Assembly (NCBI GenBank): GCA_964446015.1
Contig: CAYUMT010000002.1
Coordinates: 1 to 49,238, forward strand
DNA: 49,238 nt
Reading direction: 5' to 3'
DNA from: Candidatus Hadarchaeota archaeon
GTDB taxonomy: Archaea; Hadarchaeota; Hadarchaeia; Hadarchaeales; Hadarchaeaceae
In this document: positions 7,536 to 16,096 of the stretch, piece by piece
Position numbering within the stretch: position 1 is the first letter of the stretch
Layout of the letters: the number at the start of each line of letters is the position of its first letter
Notes under the pieces: model-generated
What the model was told of the DNA's origin: nothing
The model's database searches: none
What the model saw: only the letters and a program-made list of their open reading frames with translations
Made by a program: the position numbers and the translations under genes

Positions 7536-10406
7536 CTATTTCCATTTGAACCTCTTGAAAAGCGCCTCCCTCTCCCTACGCAAAATGAGCTCCAAAAACC
7601 TGTTGGAAAACTTGGGCTCTTTAGATAGGATTTCCTTGGCAGCTGAGGTTGTTATTCCCCTGCTTGACAGGGCAATAGCGGCGAGCTTACCGTGCCCCGA
7701 GATCAGCTTTGAGGTTTCAAGAATTTCATGCCAGGCCGCCACGCTCCTGCCACGGCCGACGAGTTCAATCGCTCGGCGTACTTCATCCTCAGATTCATCC
7801 ACCATACCCAACCTTTTTGAACCACAGGCCGGGCAGCTCGGCCTTTCGTCCAGCTTGTGGATCTGGAGTTCTTCGACGTAGCGCTTGCAATCAGCGCAAG
7901 CAAAGGTACGAGCCTCGCTGAGCAGGCGCGCCTTGGCCGACGCTATTGCCAGAAGTTTAATCCTTTCAGGCATGACGGGCTCTAGCGTCAGGTAGCGTTG
8001 TCTCCAGGCCAGGCTTGATATTGGCGTGGGGTCTAGCCTCTCACCAATGGATACAACTTCAATCTTGCCACCCTTAATCCGCTCTAGGACCTCCAATGTG
8101 CGCTTTAGGTCTAGGTCCTTTTGCACAACTTCCTTAAGCGCCTCCTCAAAGACCGGCGTGCCCCTTAAGGCGCGTATGAGCTTGTCGACGACGGAGCTGG
8201 TTATCTCCGCCTCGCGCTCCAGCACGCCCATCCTGCGCGCCACCTGAGTAAGCCGCCATCGGAAGAAGCGACTCTCCTCGATTATCTTTGTGAGATCCCG
8301 CTGCAGGTCCTTTGTGAGCTTTCCCTTCAGGATTTCCACCACCTGCTCGGGCTCCAGGGCCCTCGAGCGCAGCAGAATTCTGTACGGGTCAATCGAAACA
8401 GCTGTCGTCTCCTCAATCTCTCCAGATGCCTTGTATGCGAGCAGGCGAGCCAGCGTTCGGTTGACCAGCGTGCCGAAACAGGCGTTCACGACGCAAATTT
8501 CCTTAACCTTCTCGATCGTGACTCGGGAGTGAGTTGGCAGGGGCAGGCCGCTCCTCGACTGTTCATGGGCCTCTGCGAGGGCGAGCCTCATGGTTTCCCC
8601 CCTTGTACAGTAATCCTCCGCCAGTTTCTCTGTGATTTTATCAAATTTCTTGTCGGAGCGCACGAATTCCTCTACTCTTGCTCTCAGTCGTCCAACTTCT
8701 TGGGCTACCGAGTAAGGAACGGGGATTTCCTCCCCGATCCAAGTAGGTATCGCCCCGGCCGGGTCCTTGTCGGGCTTCACGAAGACCTTGTCCCTGAAGA
8801 CCTGCAAAATCCTCCAGAGTTCCCCCCCTATGACGAACTTTACCCCCGGCTCACCGTACTCCGCCACGAATGACTCGTCAAGGATTCCCACAGGTCTGTT
8901 GTGTGCATCGTCAACTACAATGTACTGCTTAGACACGGGGATCATCGAGAGGTTGCCGAAATAGTAATTGAAGACCCTCTCCGTAGACCTCGGGCGGGAA
9001 AGTTCCTTACCGTCATCCGAAACCCAAGCCAGCCTCCTCTCCAGGGTCTGGGCGAAGCTCAGCACCTTGAGAATATCTTCCTTGGTCAGCCCCTTGAATG
9101 GATAGGCGCGTCTGAAGACCTCGTATGCTTGGTCGACGCTACCTCTCCTCCGTGAGGCAATTATCGAGACCAGCGAGTGTAAAAGGACGTCAAGGGGCTT
9201 CTCAGGGACCTGGACCGGCTCCAGTTCATGTTGATGGGAACGCGCCGCTATGACTATGGACTCGATAGCGTCGTCTGGGTCCTGAACCACTATAGCGCCG
9301 TTTGAAACCTCACCTATCCTGTGGCCGCTGCGTCCCACGCGCTGCAGCAGTCTGGTCGCCTGCCTCGGGGAGTTATATTGGATCACGAGATCCACCCCAC
9401 CTATATCGAGGCCAAGTTCCATCGATGATGTGCATATCACACCCTTCAAGTCTCCCCCTTTGAGGCCCTTCTCCGCGCGCATCCGTGTGAGTGATGATAG
9501 TGACCCATGATGAACGCTTATTGGGAAGTTGATGTCCCAGAGGCGAAAGCGGCTGGCCAGAACCTCTGCTGTCGGGCGGGTGTTTGTGAATACAAGCGTC
9601 GAGCCGTGGTCATCTATCAGCTTGCGTATCGCGCGTAGCCTCGCCGCGACATGAGGGTAGGTGTAGAGTTTCGAGGCGAGTTTTTCGTCACGCTTCGTAG
9701 GCGTTGGGTAGATTACATCCAGCTTCGTTTCACGAGCTACGCTGACGTCCACCACCTCACAATTCCTTTCGGTCCCAACTAGGAACTTCGCCACCTCATC
9801 CGGGGAACCTATAGTTGCGGATAGTCCTATGACTTGGAACTCCCCGCCCTTCAGTTGTCTAAGGCGCTCAAGAGTGATGGAGAGCTGAGCCCCACGCTTG
9901 TTGTCGGCAAGCTCATGTACCTCATCCACGATGACGAATTGCACGCTGCGGAGGTACGTGCTCAATCTTCTGCCGAGGAGCAGGATCTGGAGGGTCTCCG
10001 GCGTCGTTATCATCACGTCAGGAGGTATCAGGGCTTGGATTCTCCTCTCGCGCGCCGCGGTATCGCCATGTCTAACGGAGACGCGGAAGTCGAGGCTCCT
10101 GCACCATTTCTCCAGGCGGTCGAGCATGTCCCTATTCAGGGCCCGGAGTGGGGTCAGGTAGATGATCTTGATTCCGCGCTCCCGAGTTTGGGACATCAGG
10201 AGTAGGTGGAGAGCGGGCAGGAAAGCGGCCTCGGTCTTCCCGGTGCCGGCTGGGGCGATTAGGAGCACATTTTTCCCATCAAGTATTTTAGGTATCGCCT
10301 CCTGCTGCGGCAAAGTGGGCTCTGTGAATCCACGTTCGGCCACCAACCTGCGGATTGGCTTGGCCAGCAAATCGAATGAATTGGATGTTTCCAGAATCCA
10401 CACCAA
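7536..10406 (-). CDS. lhr: Lhr-type ATP-dependent DEAD/DEAH-box helicase with C-terminal zinc ribbon
   Basis: Motif I APAGTGKTEAA, motif II VIVDEVHEL, SAT (LSATIG), QRVGRSGH in motif VI, a long Lhr-like C-terminal extension, and CADCKRY...CPACGSKRL. 956 aa. Confidence 0.85.
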   Translation of the reverse strand: MVWILETSNSFDLLAKPIRRLVAERGFTEPTLPQQEAIPKILDGKNVLLIAPAGTGKTEAAFLPALHLLLMSQTRERGIKIIYLTPLRALNRDMLDRLEKWCRSLDFRVSVRHGDTAARERRIQALIPPDVMITTPETLQILLLGRRLSTYLRSVQFVIVDEVHELADNKRGAQLSITLERLRQLKGGEFQVIGLSATIGSPDEVAKFLVGTERNCEVVDVSVARETKLDVIYPTPTKRDEKLASKLYTYPHVAARLRAIRKLIDDHGSTLVFTNTRPTAEVLASRFRLWDINFPISVHHGSLSSLTRMRAEKGLKGGDLKGVICTSSMELGLDIGGVDLVIQYNSPRQATRLLQRVGRSGHRIGEVSNGAIVVQDPDDAIESIVIAARSHQHELEPVQVPEKPLDVLLHSLVSIIASRRRGSVDQAYEVFRRAYPFKGLTKEDILKVLSFAQTLERRLAWVSDDGKELSRPRSTERVFNYYFGNLSMIPVSKQYIVVDDAHNRPVGILDESFVAEYGEPGVKFVIGGELWRILQVFRDKVFVKPDKDPAGAIPTWIGEEIPVPYSVAQEVGRLRARVEEFVRSDKKFDKITEKLAEDYCTRGETMRLALAEAHEQSRSGLPLPTHSRVTIEKVKEICVVNACFGTLVNRTLARLLAYKASGEIEETTAVSIDPYRILLRSRALEPEQVVEILKGKLTKDLQRDLTKIIEESRFFRWRLTQVARRMGVLEREAEITSSVVDKLIRALRGTPVFEEALKEVVQKDLDLKRTLEVLERIKGGKIEVVSIGERLDPTPISSLAWRQRYLTLEPVMPERIKLLAIASAKARLLSEARTFACADCKRYVEELQIHKLDERPSCPACGSKRLGMVDESEDEVRRAIELVGRGRSVAAWHEILETSKLISGHGKLAAIALSSRGITTSAAKEILSKEPKFSNRFLELILRREREALFKRFKWK

Positions 10407-10524
10407 ACAAGATAGGTAGTTACAAGCTTATGTCAGTTAAGCTGGAAGTTTTTGAGTTTCTCAGTTTTGTTTTCACGTACGTTGACGTTGAAGTCCCCAC
10501 TTGACAGCCCAATGAATGCTTTGA

Positions 10525-10986
10525 TTAACGATAAGCGGCATCGAGTCCAGATTTCTTGCGGATTTCGTCGAGCCTCTGCTTGAGGCCCCGCTCAGTGCCC
10601 CGATGTTTGCTGGGTAGCGTTTCCCTGAGGTTATCCATGGACTCCTGATAACGTCCGACGCCAGCTGCTATTATCGCCCGGTCCTTAATCTTAGGGTGAG
10701 GGGAGACAAGTCCAAATGGCATCGGCATCCCTTGCTCCATTATCTCACGAATATCATCGTCAATCTTCCTCGCGTGCAGCTTGGCGCCTGCGCCCACGAG
10801 TTCATATGGGTTCTTCATCTCCCCCTTGACCTGCCATATCCCGACTCCAGGGCCGTAGAAGAATAGATCGCTATAACCGTAATCATCGCTCCCCGCTAGG
10901 ACCCTCCAGTCCTTGCGGAGTTTGGGATGTCTCCTATAATTCCTGAAAATCTCATCCATAGTTTCCGAAATAGAACGAACTTCCAT
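10525..10986 (-). CDS. Hypothetical protein, translationally coupled to acyP
   Basis: The ATG at 10986..10984 shares one base with the acyP TGA stop (TGATG). The track start at 10995 is a GTG. No family recognised. Confidence 0.55.
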   Translation of the reverse strand: MEVRSISETMDEIFRNYRRHPKLRKDWRVLAGSDDYGYSDLFFYGPGVGIWQVKGEMKNPYELVGAGAKLHARKIDDDIREIMEQGMPMPFGLVSPHPKIKDRAIIAAGVGRYQESMDNLRETLPSKHRGTERGLKQRLDEIRKKSGLDAAYR

Positions 10987-11267
10987 CAACGCCACCCATA
11001 AATGATATCGAAATCCGAAAACTCTCCCCTGTAATCCTCCCAGTTAACATCGACCCTAGAGACTCTGGCTCCAAGCGGGCCGGTACGGCAAAACTTTATC
11101 ATTTTCTCCACTTTGTCCCGCTCTCCCTCGAAAATCGCCTCTACCCCGGTGCCCATGTTTTTTACCCAACCTTTGACGCCGAGCCGTTGGGCTAGCTCTT
11201 GGGTGTTTACCCTGAAGAAAACTCCGGTAACGCGGCCGCTTACTTGAACGTGTGCCCTGACTTTCAT
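10986..11267 (-). CDS. acyP: Acylphosphatase
   Basis: 93 aa. VSGRVTGVFFRVNTQELAQRLGVKGWVKNMGTGVEAIFEG matches the acylphosphatase V-x-G-x-VQGV-x-FR ... GWV-x-N pattern. Confidence 0.85.
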   Translation of the reverse strand: MKVRAHVQVSGRVTGVFFRVNTQELAQRLGVKGWVKNMGTGVEAIFEGERDKVEKMIKFCRTGPLGARVSRVDVNWEDYRGEFSDFDIIYGWR

Positions 11268-11372
11268 CTTTCCCCATATAATCTCCCCAGTTAAAGATTT
11301 AGGTTTATCTCGTCCCCACGATAAAAATATGTGTCTTTACAATTATTGAAATTTACTGTTCAAAATTTTGTA

Positions 11373-11445
11373 GGCGGCGGTTAGTGTGTGCCAATCCTCC
11401 GAAGCGTTAGCCAACGCCTGTCCGGGCTAGCTGGCCTCCGCCGCC
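11373..11445 (-). other. GC-clamped 73-nt hairpin element in the glycosylase-acyP intergenic region (terminator or small-RNA candidate)
   Basis: GGCGGCGG (11373..11380) pairs perfectly with CCGCCGCC (11438..11445). An inner hairpin GCGTT-AGCC-AACGC lies at 11404..11417. On the minus strand the clamp is followed by TACAAAATTTTG. Confidence 0.3.
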
Positions 11446-11526
11446 ATATAATCTTTCGCAGGATTCTTTAAATAGGGTCACTACTTTCCAAGCATCAATT
11501 CAGCTAAAAACTAGATTTTCAGATGA

Positions 11527-11937
11527 TTATGCGTAGCGGAATATCGGGTGCAGCTCGATTTCTTTAAGTTTCAATAGGCGCCTGTACTTCCCGCGGTCTC
11601 TTTTTCTAAGTTTTTGCTTTAGACTTTTCAGCTCCAATGATACGAATTCCCTGGAAACTTTAATCTGGTCTACCCTTACCTGGTTTCGATAGATCTTTCC
11701 TTTTTTAAAGTCGTATCCTCGTCTTCTGCCTTCCCTGTAAACGTGATTCAGGTAAAAACCGATGGCCGAAACCGGCTTGCGATGCCCCTTGAATCTTTCC
11801 AGCTGCGGATGATTTCTCCATCCCTTAGTCCTGCCCATCAGAACACTTTGGGCTAGCAGAGCTTCCCTCCAGAGTGCCACCAACCCGGCTGTGTCAAGAT
11901 ACTTTGGATGAACGGTCCACAATCTCAAGGGGGACAC
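11527..11937 (-). CDS. Pyrimidine-dimer DNA glycosylase family protein (endonuclease V-like)
   Basis: The N-terminal LRLWTVHPKYLDTAGLVALWREALLAQSVLMGRTKGWRNHPQLERF matches the family signature as I recall it. It starts immediately after the upstream MFS stop. Confidence 0.7.
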   Translation of the reverse strand: MSPLRLWTVHPKYLDTAGLVALWREALLAQSVLMGRTKGWRNHPQLERFKGHRKPVSAIGFYLNHVYREGRRRGYDFKKGKIYRNQVRVDQIKVSREFVSLELKSLKQKLRKRDRGKYRRLLKLKEIELHPIFRYA

Positions 11938-13125
11938 CTATTTCGTGATAAAGGTAAATGCAAGCATCGCAATTGATAACAGAGCACCGGCATAAAAGAT
12001 ACTGGCCATCCCAAAAATGCTAAAAATTACCCCCATCACGATTGGCCCCAGTGTTTGTCCCAACCTCACGACTATCTCATGCACCGACATAAACGCGCCG
12101 CGGTTCTCCATAGACCCCAACCCCACCATGAGCGTTTCAATGCTAGGCAGAGTAACCCCATGGGCAACACCAAATACCACCGATGGAATTATAAAAAGCC
12201 AAATGTCTGAAACAAGAGGGATGGTGATTAAGGCCAAAGCATAGAGAACAAAGCCCGCTTTAATAAGATTTCCCTTTGAGATAACCTTCGCTAATCTACC
12301 CAAACTTGAGGACGTTAGTGATGCAATGATGCCCGTACCTGCTATGATGATACCAATAATAATGGAGGTTGCGCCGAACGAGTTACCCACCAAAAGTGGA
12401 AAGTAGGTCAAATAAGATCCGTAAAAGATTATGAAGATGGCAATGCTGAAAACGTAAAGGCCGAAAACTTGGCGATTTTTTATGTCCCCCCAAATGTTTT
12501 TTAAATATTCTTTGATGTGCTGGTCTCCTCTTGGCTCAGGATTCTTCAGAAAAAACAGGGCCATAAGTCCAATTGGCAGGGCAAGGAGGGAGAGAAGAAA
12601 GGGATAATTCCAACCAAATATCGCCATCGCTCCACCAACTGCTGGGAAAATTGCCGAACCTAGGTAAAGAACGCTGATGTTATAACCCATGGCTGCGGTT
12701 CGTTCTTTGTCCGAATAAATGTCGCCAATAATTGTTGCGCCGAGTGGAAACAACGAAGCAGACCCTATCCCTTGGAAGAAACGCAAAATGAGTAAAAGGT
12801 TAAAATCACGGGCTAACGAGCATGCCCCTCCCGCAACGCCGAATAGGGCCAACGAGGCTATAATTATCTTTTTTCTACCAAACCGGTCCCCGAGTACCCC
12901 TAAAAAGAGGGCAAAGATTATCATCGGAAATGTAAAAACCGTAATCAGAAGTCCTACTTCTATGGGCATTATGTTAAGTTCTTCCACTATTTTTGGAAAA
13001 GCCGGTGTTATACTAGTGACACCTAGGACGGCCATTAGACTTATGCCAAAGATTATCTGTAGATTGGTATCTCGATAACGTGGTCCCCTAGCCTTGACTT
13101 TACCGATTTCTTTTGTGGTTTCCAT
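11938..13125 (-). CDS. MFS transporter (paralog of 47010..48221)
   Basis: About 12 hydrophobic spans. Contains the MFS loop motif GVLGDRFGRKKII. Confidence 0.85.
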   Translation of the reverse strand: METTKEIGKVKARGPRYRDTNLQIIFGISLMAVLGVTSITPAFPKIVEELNIMPIEVGLLITVFTFPMIIFALFLGVLGDRFGRKKIIIASLALFGVAGGACSLARDFNLLLILRFFQGIGSASLFPLGATIIGDIYSDKERTAAMGYNISVLYLGSAIFPAVGGAMAIFGWNYPFLLSLLALPIGLMALFFLKNPEPRGDQHIKEYLKNIWGDIKNRQVFGLYVFSIAIFIIFYGSYLTYFPLLVGNSFGATSIIIGIIIAGTGIIASLTSSSLGRLAKVISKGNLIKAGFVLYALALITIPLVSDIWLFIIPSVVFGVAHGVTLPSIETLMVGLGSMENRGAFMSVHEIVVRLGQTLGPIVMGVIFSIFGMASIFYAGALLSIAMLAFTFITK

Positions 13126-13307
13126 TTGAATGCATCCCTATTATCTGTGGAAAGCAAATTAAAACTCGCTTTTTGCCCGAGTAAATATAAGTTGATTCCC
13201 CCCAGATTTATTTGAATTAGCTTACTGTTTGGGGTGATGGGAGTTGTGATGCCTGAATCGGATAGAAGAATATAGAACTAAAGTAGGTGCGTAAGGATGA
13301 TTTCTTT

Positions 13308-13880
13308 CTACCTGGAGACGAACTGGTTCCCCTCGATGAAAAACCTAAGCTCCCTCTTCAGGTCCTCGCGCACCCCGATCCGGTGAGAACGTGATGTTTT
13401 GAAGCTATTCTCCGCATCATCTAAAATTGTCAGTATTCGCGATTTAGTCAGGTCAAGCTTATGATGTTCGTAAGTTATGCCCATCGCCTTCGTCATCCTA
13501 CCAGGGCCTGATGTGAGCAGATGATCGTCATCCACGCCTCGTCTTAGCCTCATAAGATCGATGCCTTCCATGGGCTCTATTGCTCTTATCAGTACGGCTC
13601 CTGGGACACCCTCGCGATTAGAAGTGGCGTTGAACATCCAGTTGTTATGGACCATATAAATAAAAGCGAGGCCGCCGTGCCACCACATTAGCTCGACCAA
13701 CTTCGTGCGCTTTCGAGAAGCTCTGGAAGCCGGGTCACCCTTACCAAAGTAAGCCTCCGTCTCAACTATTCGGCCGCTTGTGACGCCTTCCGGTGGGCGG
13801 TGGACCAGCACCTTGCCCAGCAGCTCCTTGGCCACCAGAGCCGGGCTCCTCTCGTAGAAAGACCTCGTAAGCGCCATCAT
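13308..13880 (-). CDS. mpg: DNA-3-methyladenine glycosylase (Mpg/AAG family)
   Basis: FYERSPALVAKELLGKVLV, GRIVETEAY, PGAVLIRAIEP and TSGPGRMTKAMGI are family hallmarks. The track ORF extends to 13997 and overlaps the divergent gene. Internal ATGs at 13892, 13880 and 13877 fit homolog N-termini better. Confidence 0.8.
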   Translation of the reverse strand: MMALTRSFYERSPALVAKELLGKVLVHRPPEGVTSGRIVETEAYFGKGDPASRASRKRTKLVELMWWHGGLAFIYMVHNNWMFNATSNREGVPGAVLIRAIEPMEGIDLMRLRRGVDDDHLLTSGPGRMTKAMGITYEHHKLDLTKSRILTILDDAENSFKTSRSHRIGVREDLKRELRFFIEGNQFVSR

Positions 13881-13953
13881 GCAATTGACCATCAAGATAT
13901 AGCCGAGAAAGTTAAAAAGCGCCCTCGCCAGAGTAGATTTCGGAGGTTGAGGT

Positions 13954-14616
13954 ATGAAGCTTGATCCTAAGGTTCGCGAGAAGTATCCGGACTTCATCGC
14001 AGGTTACGTTCGTGCGAGCGGTATAACTATCGAGCCTATGATCGATGGCCTAGTTGAGAGAAAGCGCCAGATTTTCAGCGACTTAAAGGCGCGTTATGCG
14101 GAAATGGACATTCTGGAGTTACCGGAGGTTAAGTCCTACCGGGCCCTTTTCAAGGCGATGGGCGCCGACCCGTCCAGCTATCGCCCGGCCCCCGAGTTCC
14201 TGCTCAGGCGCGCGCTGGACGACAGGTTTCCGTCCATAAACAATCTCGTCGACTCGTGCCTGCTTGCGACGATCGAGCACTGGGTCTCGGCAGGCGTCTA
14301 TGATTTCGAGAAGATAAAGGGTGAGGCCATAACCACCGTAGCCAGCTCTTTCGAGCCAATAGAATTGATCGACGGGCGGAAGCTAAGCACGAAGCTAAGC
14401 GAGATAATTATAAAGGATGACCAGAGGGTACTCTCCGCTTACACTTTGGGGGACTCGAAGGCAACTATGGTTACCCAGAAGACATCGAACGCCCTGATAG
14501 TTGTATGGAACGCGCCGGGGATAGGCAGGGAAAGGGTTGAGGCCTGTGTGAACTCGCTCGCCACATATGCGCGGAGATACTGTGGCGGCCACGTTGAGCA
14601 AACGGAGATTCTATAG
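13954..14616 (+). CDS. Stand-alone B3/B4 tRNA-binding-domain protein (PheT B3/4-like)
   Basis: SYRPAPEFLLRRAL...INNLVDSCLLATIEHWVSAGVYD resembles the B3/4 domain. GGAGG lies upstream of the ATG. Confidence 0.6.
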   Translation: MKLDPKVREKYPDFIAGYVRASGITIEPMIDGLVERKRQIFSDLKARYAEMDILELPEVKSYRALFKAMGADPSSYRPAPEFLLRRALDDRFPSINNLVDSCLLATIEHWVSAGVYDFEKIKGEAITTVASSFEPIELIDGRKLSTKLSEIIIKDDQRVLSAYTLGDSKATMVTQKTSNALIVVWNAPGIGRERVEACVNSLATYARRYCGGHVEQTEIL

Positions 14617-14836
14617 GGGCGAGATCACGAACGGGATAACTTTACTCGGCATAGCATTGATACTAATCGGCGTCGCCCTAGTGGCACTGCCAATGATCGG
14701 AAAATATGTAGACTTATCCAAGATCCCGTCTTGGATCATCTACGTCTATCGCAGCAACGGATTTTACTTCGTCACCTCACCGCTGCTAATACTTCTCTCA
14801 CTTATATCGCTCACAATATTCATCCTAATGCGCTGA
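14567..14836 (+). CDS. Small membrane protein (2 TM)
   Basis: Two clear hydrophobic helices. The start is uncertain, because the track ORF overlaps the upstream gene by 50 nt. Confidence 0.4.
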   Translation: MRGDTVAATLSKRRFYRGEITNGITLLGIALILIGVALVALPMIGKYVDLSKIPSWIIYVYRSNGFYFVTSPLLILLSLISLTIFILMR

Positions 14837-14873
14837 AATCCAGTCTTATTAGGCAATTTGGAGAGTGGGTGTG

Positions 14874-16091
14874 ATGACAACAACCAAAGCTGATAGACAA
14901 CTCAGGGGAGAGGTGCTTCTCTTCAGCTCAGGCGGAGGTTGGACGTCGGACGGGGATTCAGCCCTGAGAATGGAAAATCCAAGCTTTTACGTGATATCTC
15001 AAGGGGGTAGAACATATCTGCAAAAGGCGGGGCGCAGGACTTTAATAAACATCGAACCTATTGACTTTCTCGATGAGATGCTGGGACAGGGCTACCTCTC
15101 CGTTGGATACTTGGGATACGAGTTCTTCAGCTACATAAACTCGGAGTTCATGCCCAGTCCTACTAAAGTCGGAGGAGGATTTCCCGACGCCGCATTTTTG
15201 TTTTTTGAGGAGGACGAAATAAGCCAGGAAAAAATAGATATTCTGGGCCATGACCGAGGCGTAAAACCGTTTAGCCTTTGCCCAAGCCCAAACATGTCCA
15301 AGGATTATTTCGTGGGCATTGTGAACAAGGCGCGGCAGTACATAGCTGAGGGTGATATCTATCAGGTAAATCTCTCCCAGATGTTCAAGGTTCCGTTCGA
15401 GATAGACCCCGAACAGTTTCTTTTGAAGCTCTATGGGGCACAGCCCGTGCCATTCGCCTGCTGCATCGACTTTGGAGATTTTCAGCTGTTAAGCGGATCA
15501 ATGGAACTCTTCCTTCAGAGGAGTGGGCGGCGCATAGTGACCAGGCCGATAAAGGGCACGCGGAGGAGGGGGCGCGATAAAAAGGAAGATAGTGTGATGC
15601 GCGACGAACTGCTCGGCAGCCCCAAGGAGACAGCCGAGAACCTCATGATAGTTGACCTCATGCGTAATGACTTGGGCAGGGTATGCGAGTTCGGAAGCGT
15701 TCGGGTAAACAAACTTTTTGATGTCGAGGCTTATACAACCCTTTTCCAGATGGTTTCCGAGGTTGAAGGTAGGCTGCGTGATGATGTTAGCCTGAACCAG
15801 ATTATCATGAATACCTTTCCCCCAGGGTCGGTTACGGGAGCGCCTAAGCAAAGGGCAATGGAGATAATAGATGAACTCGAACCACACCTGAGGGGTCCAT
15901 ACTGCGGCGCGATCGGACTTTTCATGCCAGGCGGCGACTTCACCATGAGCGTGGCAATAAGGGTTCTCGCAGCTTCGCGCGGCAAGGGTAAATTCTGGGT
16001 AGGTGGTGGTATAATGTGGGATTCGGTCCCTGAGCAGGAGTATGAGGAAACTCTGGTAAAGGCCGAGGCGATCATGAGGGCTTTGAGGTAG
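14874..16091 (+). CDS. pabB: Aminodeoxychorismate/anthranilate synthase component I family (chorismate-binding enzyme)
   Basis: IYQVNLSQ, RPIKGTRRRG, ENLMIVDLMRNDLGRV, PPGSVTGAPK and RGPYCGAIG are chorismate-binding motifs. The adjacent class-IV aminotransferase supports a pABA role. Confidence 0.8.
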   Translation: MTTTKADRQLRGEVLLFSSGGGWTSDGDSALRMENPSFYVISQGGRTYLQKAGRRTLINIEPIDFLDEMLGQGYLSVGYLGYEFFSYINSEFMPSPTKVGGGFPDAAFLFFEEDEISQEKIDILGHDRGVKPFSLCPSPNMSKDYFVGIVNKARQYIAEGDIYQVNLSQMFKVPFEIDPEQFLLKLYGAQPVPFACCIDFGDFQLLSGSMELFLQRSGRRIVTRPIKGTRRRGRDKKEDSVMRDELLGSPKETAENLMIVDLMRNDLGRVCEFGSVRVNKLFDVEAYTTLFQMVSEVEGRLRDDVSLNQIIMNTFPPGSVTGAPKQRAMEIIDELEPHLRGPYCGAIGLFMPGGDFTMSVAIRVLAASRGKGKFWVGGGIMWDSVPEQEYEETLVKAEAIMRALR

Positions 16092-16096
16092 TTGTA

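Noticed and set aside
13881-13997. N-terminal 39-residue extension of the Mpg ORF overlapping the divergent B3/4 gene
   Set aside because: Homologs start near the FYER/LLGK region. The extension would overlap the neighbouring gene start and its ribosome-binding site.
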